Origin: a virus
Taxonomy: Duplodnaviria; Caudoviricetes
IMG/VR virus record: IMGVR_UViG_3300032330_001807
Location: 1 to 28,842 of that record
Direction: 5' to 3' (one strand)
Length of the DNA: 28,842 nucleotides
A model generated the notes under the pieces. That model saw only the letters and a list, made by a program, of their open reading frames with translations. It was not told the origin of the DNA and searched no databases. The first letter of the stretch is position 1. Each line of letters opens with the position of its first letter. Below are positions 17,037 through 25,874 of this stretch, one piece after another. The translations under genes were made by a program, and so were the position numbers.

Positions 17037-20000
17037 ATGTCCAGTAAAATTCTACTAAGAAGAGGTACGGCAGCTGAATGGTCTTCAGCTAACCCAATCT
17101 TAGGGAACGGCGAACTTGGAATAGAAACAGATACACTTAAAATAAAAATTGGTAATGGATCTAGTACATGGTCACAATTATCTAGTTATGCAAACGTAAC
17201 ACCAGCACAATTAACTTCTCAAATAAATAGTCTTATAAGCGCAGCGCCCTCAACTCTTGATACATTAAATGAGTTGGCAGCGGCAATAAATAATGATGCT
17301 TCTTTTTCAACTACAGTAAATAATCTTTTAACAGGTAAAGTATCTAAATCAGGTGGAGATACAATTACAGCAAGCACAGCATCTACAGTTGGTTTAGTTA
17401 TACAAGGCGCAGCCTCACAAACCGCAAATCTTCAGCAATGGAAAAATAGTGCGGGCACTACATTAGGTACTTTTGATAAAAATGGAATATTAACAGTAAT
17501 TGATTTTTCAGCAGGAGCAGTAAATGCAACATGGCGAGTATATGCAACTGCAGGCAACTATACTATAACCCCAATGGTTGCAATAGGCGCAGCCTCCCAG
17601 ACAGCCAACTTGCAAGAGTGGCAAAATAGTGCAGGCAGTGTATTAACAGCTATTACTTCTTCTGGTGCCTTAAATACATTATCTTATGTATCAGCAATTC
17701 TTGGAATCAATACAGGAGCATCAAGTTTTTCTGGAATTAGTTATAATGGATTTTCTAATCCAGCATCTGCTCCAAATACAATAACTTTTGCAGTAAAGGG
17801 AAGCTCAGGGCAAACTTCCGATTTGCAACAATGGATAAATAACGCTGGAACAGTAGTTGCTAAAGTGGACATTAATGGCTCAGTTACAGTTGGAACTAAT
17901 TTAATTATTGGAAATGCAGCAATGTTTGCAACAGGTGGAAATTATTACAATGCTTCAGTAAATATTAAAACGCAGGGTACTGGGTACTCTGGGCTTGTAG
18001 TTAGAGGAACCGCAGGGCAAACAGCAAACTTGGCGGAATGGCAAGATTCTAATGGCACAACAATGCTATATGTTTCACCAGATGGCGTTCTTAATAAAAC
18101 TGCAATTTTAAATATAGGATCAGTTCTTCAATTTGCTGATCCAGGAGTAGGTTATGAAACTAAATTTGTTTTTCAAAAATCAACTGATGGTGCATTTTTA
18201 ATTGTTAAAGAAAGATCTTCTGATCAAACATTTTATGAATTTGGTATGAATGATAATGCAATGGATGGAGGAGACTATTTTCAATGGACAATGGGTCAAT
18301 GGACAGCCCCAGGAATGGGATGGGCTCCGATACAACTAGGAAACAATTCTGGTAAACCAGAAACATTAAGATTCACTGGAGATCAATCTTTATTTTGGAG
18401 TAATTTATCAACACCAGTAAACACTCCATTTTTCACTACAATATATAGCGATTATTATAATGCTAACTATGAAGTTACAAAATGGACCCCCTCAAATGAT
18501 TTAAATGTAAATGTAAAAAGATTTGAGTCAAACTCAGGAAGTTCTGCAACATTTAACATTGATGTAAGCGGTTATACTTCTACTATAAAAATGGGATATA
18601 AAGTAACAATTGATCCAGGAGCAACTACATTTTCATATAGCACTTATTTAGGAGATAATTCAAGTGCAAATGGAGTAGCAATTACAGCAGGCGCCTGGCA
18701 AACACTTTCAAATGGAGTAAAAATTAAAATTGGTGCAGGCGCACTAGCTTCAGAATATTGGTCATTTGTAGCGTTTCCAACACCAAGAACAGCAATTGGC
18801 GGACTTGTAGATACTTCAGCATTAGCAATTATTAGACCAACTGCAGCAGATAAAGGTTTAGTAATTAAAGCAGCGTCTTCACAAACCGCCAACCTTCAAG
18901 AGTGGCAAAATAGTAGTGGTACAGTGTTGGCTAAGGTTGATGCAAATGGCTCAGGAACATTTACTGGCTCTGCTAGCACTAATGGTGTTTCTGCATACGC
19001 TGGCACAGGTGGAAGTTTTGCTTTTCAAGGATTTAGTAGTTCTAATAGTCTTACTTCAATTATTTATGGTTCGGGTGAAATATACGCAGGAAGTGCAATC
19101 TATGTTTTTGGCGCATCAAATTATGGAGCAGCGCTTAATGTAATTACACCAAGCACATCTACCCAAGGCATCATTGTTCGTGGTCGTGCCTCTCAAACTG
19201 CCAACCTTCAAGAGTGGCAGAATAGTGCTGGGGGTATTTTGGCGTACGTCAGAAATGATGGAGTCATTTATAGCAATTCTGGAATCTTTTCTCAAGGCTC
19301 CTCAATTTGGGCTGGCGGGTATGTTGCAAATACGCAGTTATCCGTTGTATCTCAATCTGCATCTAATGTCGGCACAATCATTCGCGGCGCAGCTTCCCAA
19401 ACCGCCAATCTTCAAGAATGGCAAAATAGTGCAAGTACAGTAGTTACCAAAGTTGATGCATCAGGAAATATAACCGCAACAAGCTATAATCTTTCAAATT
19501 CTTTATATTCTGTAAGAAAAAATATTAAAAAAACAATTGATCCAGCTTCAAACGCTGTATCAGGCAATACATATGATTTATTCCAGATGAACTTTCCATC
19601 ATCTTTACAAGGAGTATTTTATATTCAAATAAGTATACGTGGGGCAGGATACGGACAGAGCATGTCATATACTCTTCCCGCCACATATGTAATGGACTGG
19701 TTAGCACAATATGGCATAACAAATCCATTTACAAATTCAAGCACATGGGTTGATTTAACTCCAATTACATTTGCCCCAAGACACTTGATGACAAATGATT
19801 ATTTAAAGTTACAAGCAAGAGTAGATAACAATATAATCTACTTTAGAATTAAATTAACTGGCACATTAACTGCAAGTCCATTATTTGATGTTTATATGCA
19901 ACATAGTGAAGAGTTTGCAAATTCTACAGTTACAGAATTATTTTCAACAGGAACAGATTTTACAATATCTGACGTTTTGCCAAACTTTTTATCATCAAAA

Positions 20001-21962
20001 GCTGGAACAACTTCTATATTTAACCCCGTTACAATTACATCAAGTCTTGCATCAACAGTACCACTTGTTATTAAATCAGCCACATCACAAAATGCTAACC
20101 TCTTAGAAATAAGAAGTTCTGGTGGAGGCATCATTTCCAGAATAGACTCTAGCGGTGTTTTTAATGCTGCTGCATATGATTTTGGAACAGACGCTGGTTA
20201 CCCACAAATAGTATTTGGAGGCACAAATACAACTGCATCAATAAGAAGAGAGTATCGTTCTTCAATATCAAAATTTGGTGTTTCTACTGGCACATTTCAT
20301 TTTGGTTCTAATCCAGATAATTCAAACTTTGCAATAACCGATGACCAGGTAGGAGTATTTTCTAGATCAGCTGGTAGACCTAGCTTTATTATTAAATCAT
20401 ATTCTTCACAAACTGCAAACCTACAAGAATGGCAGAACAGCTCTGGTACTGTTATTGCTTATGTTGAGCCTAGTGGAATTTTTAATGTAAACAACATAAC
20501 AAACTCAACCCTGACTACTGCATTGATTATGAATAATAGCGGAACAGGAGTAGGTACAGGAACTCAAATTGTATTTAGGTACGGCGGTGTAGACTATGCA
20601 TCAATTTCTTCCATATATTCAGGTTCGCCTACTGGAGCAGATATGGTTTTCAATGTTGGAACAAGCACAACTCCAAGAATGCGAATTGATAATAATGGAA
20701 CCGTATCCATTAATCGATTTAACGCTGGCTCTCAGGGTTTAATTGTCAAAGCCGCAGCATCCCAAACTGCAAATATTCAAGAATGGCAAAATAGTGCGGG
20801 GACTGCCGTAGCAAGCATAACAAGCAATGGCGGCATACAAGCAGGAACATATAACGGTGCTGTAGTTGGTATAAATTATCCAGGAATTGTTATTGATACA
20901 AGCAATGCTGACAACACTCAAGTTTGGTTAAGAAATTTATCTGCAACTTCAAAAAGCGGTAAGTTTGTTGGAATTAAAGCAAGAAACGGTTATGCAGATG
21001 CTGTAGCAGGAGATGATCTTGTAACCTTAGAGGGACAACAATATATTAGCTCACTAGGATATGCTTCTGGAAAGATATTAATATCTAATGATAGCTCTAC
21101 TCCAAGTGCTACTTCATATCCCGCAAGAATAACATTTCATACAACAGCAATTGGATCAACAACTTTATCTGAAAGAATGAGAGTTGATAATGCGGGATTA
21201 GTTGGAATTAATATGACTCCAACAGATGGATATTTGTCCGTTACTGGAAATTCATCAAAAGATGCAATTAGAATATATAGCCAAGCGGGCCTAGCATTTT
21301 GGGGTGCAGGAACAAACAATAACCTTTTTACAAACGGCAGTATGTATATGACTGGCGGAGTATGGAGTGGAAATACTAAGTTAGCAGTAGATACTGATGG
21401 GGCTTCAAAAAATGGTATTGTAGTACGTGGTAGTGCCTCACAAACTGCCAACCTCCAAGAGTGGCAGAATAGTGCAGGATATGCTGGTACGGCAATTGAT
21501 AGTGGCGGAAGTTTCTATGCACCAGGAATTTATTCTTCATATTTAATGCAGGCAACTGCAGGCGGAGCAGCAGTTGTTCCACTTACTGTCAAAGGCGCAG
21601 CCTCACAATCTGCTAACTTACAAGAATGGAAGGACAGTGCTGGAAACACACTTGCCTATATGTCACCAGCAAGTCGCTTAAATCTTGACTGGGTAATATG
21701 TTCCGTAATTCAAACCAATTACCTTGTTCATCCTAGCGATACTGGTCCATATTTCCATCCTACTCCTACAAATATGGAGTTAGCAAATAGAAATACAGCA
21801 TCTAATATAGTATTTACTGTTAAAGGAATGGCCTCCCAAACAGGAGACTTACAACAATGGCAAAATAGTGCTGGGAGTGTGTTGGCAAGTGTTTCTTCTA
21901 GCGGGGGATTTGAATTAAACGGCAAAGATGTAGAATTAATGAATATTATGGGAGCATACTAA
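17037..21962 (+). CDS. Long modular fibre protein D, 1641 aa, with Mtd N-terminal-like anchor and 13 repeats
   Basis: KILLRRGTAAEWSSANPILGNGELGIETDT.KIKIGNG resembles the major tropism determinant/phage hyaluronidase N-terminal domain. APSTLDTLNELAAAINNDASFSTT is a classic tail-fibre motif. Two large globular inserts. Ends ELMNIMGAY. Confidence 0.88.
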   Translation: MSSKILLRRGTAAEWSSANPILGNGELGIETDTLKIKIGNGSSTWSQLSSYANVTPAQLTSQINSLISAAPSTLDTLNELAAAINNDASFSTTVNNLLTGKVSKSGGDTITASTASTVGLVIQGAASQTANLQQWKNSAGTTLGTFDKNGILTVIDFSAGAVNATWRVYATAGNYTITPMVAIGAASQTANLQEWQNSAGSVLTAITSSGALNTLSYVSAILGINTGASSFSGISYNGFSNPASAPNTITFAVKGSSGQTSDLQQWINNAGTVVAKVDINGSVTVGTNLIIGNAAMFATGGNYYNASVNIKTQGTGYSGLVVRGTAGQTANLAEWQDSNGTTMLYVSPDGVLNKTAILNIGSVLQFADPGVGYETKFVFQKSTDGAFLIVKERSSDQTFYEFGMNDNAMDGGDYFQWTMGQWTAPGMGWAPIQLGNNSGKPETLRFTGDQSLFWSNLSTPVNTPFFTTIYSDYYNANYEVTKWTPSNDLNVNVKRFESNSGSSATFNIDVSGYTSTIKMGYKVTIDPGATTFSYSTYLGDNSSANGVAITAGAWQTLSNGVKIKIGAGALASEYWSFVAFPTPRTAIGGLVDTSALAIIRPTAADKGLVIKAASSQTANLQEWQNSSGTVLAKVDANGSGTFTGSASTNGVSAYAGTGGSFAFQGFSSSNSLTSIIYGSGEIYAGSAIYVFGASNYGAALNVITPSTSTQGIIVRGRASQTANLQEWQNSAGGILAYVRNDGVIYSNSGIFSQGSSIWAGGYVANTQLSVVSQSASNVGTIIRGAASQTANLQEWQNSASTVVTKVDASGNITATSYNLSNSLYSVRKNIKKTIDPASNAVSGNTYDLFQMNFPSSLQGVFYIQISIRGAGYGQSMSYTLPATYVMDWLAQYGITNPFTNSSTWVDLTPITFAPRHLMTNDYLKLQARVDNNIIYFRIKLTGTLTASPLFDVYMQHSEEFANSTVTELFSTGTDFTISDVLPNFLSSKAGTTSIFNPVTITSSLASTVPLVIKSATSQNANLLEIRSSGGGIISRIDSSGVFNAAAYDFGTDAGYPQIVFGGTNTTASIRREYRSSISKFGVSTGTFHFGSNPDNSNFAITDDQVGVFSRSAGRPSFIIKSYSSQTANLQEWQNSSGTVIAYVEPSGIFNVNNITNSTLTTALIMNNSGTGVGTGTQIVFRYGGVDYASISSIYSGSPTGADMVFNVGTSTTPRMRIDNNGTVSINRFNAGSQGLIVKAAASQTANIQEWQNSAGTAVASITSNGGIQAGTYNGAVVGINYPGIVIDTSNADNTQVWLRNLSATSKSGKFVGIKARNGYADAVAGDDLVTLEGQQYISSLGYASGKILISNDSSTPSATSYPARITFHTTAIGSTTLSERMRVDNAGLVGINMTPTDGYLSVTGNSSKDAIRIYSQAGLAFWGAGTNNNLFTNGSMYMTGGVWSGNTKLAVDTDGASKNGIVVRGSASQTANLQEWQNSAGYAGTAIDSGGSFYAPGIYSSYLMQATAGGAAVVPLTVKGAASQSANLQEWKDSAGNTLAYMSPASRLNLDWVICSVIQTNYLVHPSDTGPYFHPTPTNMELANRNTASNIVFTVKGMASQTGDLQQWQNSAGSVLASVSSSGGFELNGKDVELMNIMGAY

Positions 21963-21964
21963 TA

Positions 21965-21987
21965 TGCTATACTGTAAAGATAGGAGG
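21965..21987 (+). promoter_or_regulatory. Extended -10 (TGCTATACT) and SD (AGGAGG)
   Basis: TGnTATACT 21965-21973, AGGAGG 21982-21987, ATG 21996. Confidence 0.7.
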
Positions 21988-21995
21988 AATAAATA

Positions 21996-22301
21996 ATGGC
22001 AACAACAGTTAAGGCACTATTTAGAGGTGCAGCAACAACTAATACTGCTACTAATCTTTATGCAGTTCCCGCCGCAACAACGGCGGTAATTACAAATATT
22101 GTAATAACAAATACTTCTGGTTCTCTTCAAACTTATTCTTTATCACTTGATGGAGTAAGCATTGCTACAACAGTAGCTATATCAGCAACAGACTCAGTTG
22201 TAATTGATATGAAGCAGGTGCTAGGAGCAACAAAAATTATTGCAGGCGGAGCTTCTGCAACATCTGTTAATATTCATATTTCAGGAGTTGAAATAGCATA
22301 A
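21996..22301 (+). CDS. Small all-beta virion adaptor protein, 101 aa
   Basis: LYAVPAATTAVITNIVITNT...VNIHISGVEIA pattern, typical of small jelly-roll fibre-tip/adaptor proteins. Strong SD and TAATG coupling to the next gene. Confidence 0.75.
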   Translation: MATTVKALFRGAATTNTATNLYAVPAATTAVITNIVITNTSGSLQTYSLSLDGVSIATTVAISATDSVVIDMKQVLGATKIIAGGASATSVNIHISGVEIA

Positions 22302-23410
22302 TGTTTATAAAAAGATTTAAAACTATAGGCGGCCTATCGTCTTTAACTAGATATGTAAATATGCTATCTGGTCTTGCGCCGTATGTTCCTACGACTAATT
22401 CTACTGCTGTATTTTTACCAGTTGATGCCAGCCCATATATGCAGGTGCAAAATTGGTTTAATGGAAGCACTACTGGTTTTAATGGAAAATATGCAAATCC
22501 AGCGGTAATGATAGATTATTATGCAAGAGACTCTTCATGGAGTAGAGCCAAAGGATATCTGTCCGTAGGATGGTCCTTTTCACCTTATCTTAGAACATAT
22601 AGATTTAATGATTCAACAGGATTTGGAACCGCATTTTCAAGCCCAACAACAATTCCAGCTGGCAGTGGTAATTCTATTGATTTGCAACTTGATGATTCTC
22701 TTATTTTTGTAGCACATGACACATCACCATATATTTCAGGATATCCGTTTAGTTTATCTTCTGGCTACGGACCTAAATTTTCAGATCCAGCAACAACAAT
22801 TGGAAGCAATGGAAAAGGAATTAAATTTTTTAATGAAACATTACTTGTTGCTTCAAATTCAACTCCATTTTTACATGCTTATCAATTTTCAATGAGTCAA
22901 CAAGCGTACGGAACAAAGTATGCAAACCCAGTAACACTTCCAACATATGGAGGATATCTTGCAACAGTTCACCCATCAGGTGACGCAGTATCAACAGGCG
23001 GTATATCTGGTGCTTACACATACGCATGGTCAAAAACAAATGGTTTTGGAACAAAATATGCACAACCATCAGGAGATCCATATGCATACTCTTTAGATTT
23101 TTCTTCAACAGGTAATACAGTATTAATGTCGGCGGATAGCACCCCATTTATAAATGCCTATACATTTACAGTTGCAGGAGGCTATGGTTCAAAATTTAGC
23201 AATCCTGCAACGTTACCAGTAGGCAGTGTTCCATATTATAATGCTTCAGCATTTAGCTATAATGCACAGGCAGCAGCAGTTCTTTCAACATCTTCCCCAT
23301 ATGTTCACGCCTATGCTTTTTCAGAAGCTACAGGATTTGGATCAAAGTATAGTAATCCTGTAGGGTTGCTTGCAGTTGGTTCATTTAGCGGCGGAATTAA
23401 TTTTAATTAA
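22301..23410 (+). CDS. Seven-bladed beta-propeller putative receptor-binding protein, 369 aa
   Basis: Seven ~46-aa repeats S/T-P-Y/F-x-x-A-Y-x-F...G-F/Y-G-x-K-Y/F-x-x-P after a short basic N-terminal peptide. Confidence 0.75.
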   Translation: MFIKRFKTIGGLSSLTRYVNMLSGLAPYVPTTNSTAVFLPVDASPYMQVQNWFNGSTTGFNGKYANPAVMIDYYARDSSWSRAKGYLSVGWSFSPYLRTYRFNDSTGFGTAFSSPTTIPAGSGNSIDLQLDDSLIFVAHDTSPYISGYPFSLSSGYGPKFSDPATTIGSNGKGIKFFNETLLVASNSTPFLHAYQFSMSQQAYGTKYANPVTLPTYGGYLATVHPSGDAVSTGGISGAYTYAWSKTNGFGTKYAQPSGDPYAYSLDFSSTGNTVLMSADSTPFINAYTFTVAGGYGSKFSNPATLPVGSVPYYNASAFSYNAQAAAVLSTSSPYVHAYAFSEATGFGSKYSNPVGLLAVGSFSGGINFN

Positions 23411-23433
23411 AAAAATAGAAAAGGAGAAATAAA

Positions 23434-23736
23434 ATGACAGATACACCAATGACACCACTACAGGCAAGACAAGCCGAGGTGGCACAATACGAAGCAAACA
23501 TTGCTATGTACACAGCAATTATTGCAACACTACCTACAGAGTGGCCAACACGTCTACTTGATTATCGCAATTCAGCTGATAAGCATGCAGCAATTGCATC
23601 AGTTGCTGATATGGCAGATGTAGAGCTATTGTCAAACCTATGGTATGCAGATCAATGCTATGCAGCAATTCGTTCTGAAACTGTAGAAATGAGCAAAGCT
23701 AAGGCTATTCTTAATGTACTTCAAGCAATGGCGTAA
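23434..23736 (+). CDS. Small helical protein, 100 aa (possible chaperone of the propeller)
   Basis: SD AAAAGGAG upstream and Ala-rich helical composition. Directly follows the propeller gene. Confidence 0.75.
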   Translation: MTDTPMTPLQARQAEVAQYEANIAMYTAIIATLPTEWPTRLLDYRNSADKHAAIASVADMADVELLSNLWYADQCYAAIRSETVEMSKAKAILNVLQAMA

Positions 23737-23744
23737 GATATTTA

Positions 23745-25466
23745 ATGTCTTACTACAGAACTATATTGACAGATTTTCCAGTTTCTTATTATACACTGGA
23801 CGATCTTAGTTCTGCCTGCTTAGATTATTCTGGAAATAATAATACAGGAACTTTAACAGGTTCATTTACTTCAAAAATAATGCCATTAGTATCAGGCGGA
23901 ATATATGGAACCCTTATAACAAATTTGACAACAATAGGTTATACAGTTCCAGGGATGGCAAACAAGTATTATTCAGATAATCCTTTTACAATTGAGGCAT
24001 GGGTTAAGTTGCCAAATACTAGCTCATCGCTAGTTCCAATTGTTGCAGATACAGTATCTTCGATTGGCATATTTTGCCAGAATGGGGATTTGTTATTTAA
24101 GGCGGGAACAAATGTAGCTAGATATAAAGTAACTAATAACAAGGCTATTCATGTGGTAGCCACATATAATAAACAAGGTTTATCTGTTTATATTAATGGT
24201 TCCCGCGTTATTACAAAAAGCCTAGATGGTTTTGTTTTTACTAATTCCACCGTTGCATTTGTTACTGGACCGTCATTATCAAATAACTATTTTATAATTG
24301 ATTCGGTGGCATTTTATAGATACACTTTATCTAACTCGACAATTATGTCTCATTATACTCAAGGCGTAAAAGAGTTAAAATATAATCAAATAGTATATCC
24401 AGATGGAGGTTATTTATTTAGTTTGCATAGTTCAAAAAATAGACCATCTTTAAGATATTATTATCCAGGCACCAAGTCTTGGTCAGATCTAGCAGATGAG
24501 AATATTGTTGTTTCAACTGATCAGTCTTACCTATCATTTTTACAAACAGAGACTTCTCAGACAAAAACATTTACTTTTACGGAAACAATTATTGTCCCAC
24601 CTTCTTTAAATATAGTCAGCTCTCAATTAGAGTGGGAAGATGATGTTGATAATATATCTGTTCAGGTAAGCCTAAATGGAACAACATGGCAAAATTGTAA
24701 GAACAATAGTCCAATTCCATATTTCAATAAAAATGACGGTACTACAAATGGATTACTTTATTTAAAGGTAACAATGACATCTGCAGACACATCTACAAAC
24801 CTGCCAATACTTAAATATATTTCCCTTGATTTTTTCTCAAATAATGATTTCTATTCAGACAACTCTGGAGATAGAATATACTCTAATAAAGACTATGGTC
24901 TATCTAGATACAATAACCCAATTCTTTCATATAGCGATTACAATGGATTAAGAATGTATAATGGGGGCGGGATTACAGTAGACTCATCAAATTCATTTAG
25001 AAGCATAGAAATGATATTTACCCCAGTAAGCGGAGAGAATGTCCTATTCTCAAGCAATTCAAAGATATTTGAATGGGATGGATCTGGAGTAATAACTAAA
25101 TCTGGAATTTCCGCCATATATGTAAATGGGGTAGATCGTACAGCAAGCACTAATATCTCGTCATTTTTAACTACAGGAACACCTCATCATATTGTCCTTG
25201 TTTTATCATCAGTTGCAACAAGCAATATCAAGTTTAATTCTAACCAAGCAGACACAAAATCAGGAGGGGCAAACATATATAGTAATATTGCGCTATACCC
25301 AGACGTCCTTTCTGGGGCACAGTCTACAACCCACTACGAGCTGTATACCCGTCAGTATTCATTATATGTAGCAGACACCTCATTCCAAGTATTTGAAGCG
25401 TCTACAGGCAATGACGCAACTGCCTACTTGATTAACAATACTGAGTACCAGTCGTCAAATATTTAA
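23745..25466 (+). CDS. Virion structural protein with N-terminal LamG domain and a second LamG-like C-terminal region, 573 aa
   Basis: MSYY..IL.D.PVSYY.LDD...DYSGNNN.G, FTIEAWVK, HVVATY, VYING, IDSVAFY.Y.LS...I..HY motifs. C-terminal IYVNG...HHIVL...IALYP..LS. Confidence 0.8.
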   Translation: MSYYRTILTDFPVSYYTLDDLSSACLDYSGNNNTGTLTGSFTSKIMPLVSGGIYGTLITNLTTIGYTVPGMANKYYSDNPFTIEAWVKLPNTSSSLVPIVADTVSSIGIFCQNGDLLFKAGTNVARYKVTNNKAIHVVATYNKQGLSVYINGSRVITKSLDGFVFTNSTVAFVTGPSLSNNYFIIDSVAFYRYTLSNSTIMSHYTQGVKELKYNQIVYPDGGYLFSLHSSKNRPSLRYYYPGTKSWSDLADENIVVSTDQSYLSFLQTETSQTKTFTFTETIIVPPSLNIVSSQLEWEDDVDNISVQVSLNGTTWQNCKNNSPIPYFNKNDGTTNGLLYLKVTMTSADTSTNLPILKYISLDFFSNNDFYSDNSGDRIYSNKDYGLSRYNNPILSYSDYNGLRMYNGGGITVDSSNSFRSIEMIFTPVSGENVLFSSNSKIFEWDGSGVITKSGISAIYVNGVDRTASTNISSFLTTGTPHHIVLVLSSVATSNIKFNSNQADTKSGGANIYSNIALYPDVLSGAQSTTHYELYTRQYSLYVADTSFQVFEASTGNDATAYLINNTEYQSSNI

Positions 25467-25468
25467 TA

Positions 25469-25493
25469 TTTTTGTCAAACTTTGTGACAAAAA
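25469..25493. promoter_or_regulatory. Inverted repeat TTTTTGTCA-N7-TGACAAAAA (operator or terminator)
   Basis: Perfect 9-bp arms between the end of the fibre cluster and the -35 of the head-operon promoter. Confidence 0.6.
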
Positions 25494-25495
25494 GC

Positions 25496-25524
25496 TGGAC
25501 TTGTGTACCAAAGAATGGTAAAAT
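25496..25524 (+). promoter_or_regulatory. Promoter TGGACT-N17-TAAAAT (extended TG), near-leaderless
   Basis: -10 at 25519-25524 preceded by TGG. ATG 25533 lies 8 nt after the -10 and has no SD. Confidence 0.65.
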
Positions 25525-25532
25525 AAATCATT

Positions 25533-25874
25533 ATGGATATTAATCGTATAAATACCAAGGTCCTTGAAGAAGAGTCTACTCTTGGAATATATGTTTGGGA
25601 AATGCCAGACGGCAGATGGATTGGAGACGATGATGGGAACTTTCTTTCGGTCACGTCCAAAAAAGGAAATAGATCCAGAATCGATGCTCTGGCTAGAGAA
25701 GTTAGCTCATTCGGTATATATGAAGGCGGGCCTAAATTTCTTTCTGCAAGAAGAAAAATTGACGATGAAGAATTTGAACACCAAAAACAAAGACTTGACT
25801 GGGGATTAGTTCCAGACCCACTAGATATTGGAAGTTATAAAGACGATATGAAAAAATTAAGGGGTATGAGATGA
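25533..25874 (+). CDS. Hypothetical protein coupled to the portal gene, 113 aa
   Basis: Clean ORF (GIYVWEMPDGRWIGDDDGNFL...RLDWGLVPDPLD) with promoter upstream and ATGA overlap with the portal start. Confidence 0.8.
   Translation: MDINRINTKVLEEESTLGIYVWEMPDGRWIGDDDGNFLSVTSKKGNRSRIDALAREVSSFGIYEGGPKFLSARRKIDDEEFEHQKQRLDWGLVPDPLDIGSYKDDMKKLRGMR

Larger units (their letters stand above)
2300..21905 (+). repeat. Dispersed in-frame coding repeat family (~45 copies; DNA core like GCCTCACAAACTGCCAACCTTCAAGAGTGGCAGAA)
   Basis: Manual counts: 11-13 in 1956-6320, 19 in 6355-11748, 2 in 15708-16625, 13 in 17037-21962. Exact matches: 2331-2358 = 2535-2562 (28 nt), 9920-9951 = 19393-19424 (32 nt), 10963-10991 = 19194-19222 (29 nt). 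10561-10604 vs 10957-11000 match at 42/44. Confidence 0.95.

Noticed and set aside
5425-19443. Short alternative-frame + strand ORFs with recurring PxKxPTFKxGRI motifs (e.g. 5425, 8984, 9323, 16144, 19174)
   Set aside because: These are shifted-frame shadows of the coding repeat, with no initiation signals of their own.
2300-21905. CRISPR array interpretation of the repeat-spacer pattern
   Set aside because: Repeats are in frame within long ORFs and vary mainly at third codon positions. Spacers are long and irregular, and there are no cas genes.
1956-21962. Invertase shufflon
   Set aside because: All repeat copies I found are in direct orientation, there are no inverted silent cassettes, and no recombinase gene is present.
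1956-23410. Diversity-generating retroelement (suggested by the Mtd-like N-terminus at 17037)
   Set aside because: No reverse transcriptase in the window and no ~100-nt template/variable pair differing only at adenines was seen. The Mtd-like part is only the anchor domain. An element elsewhere in the genome cannot be excluded.
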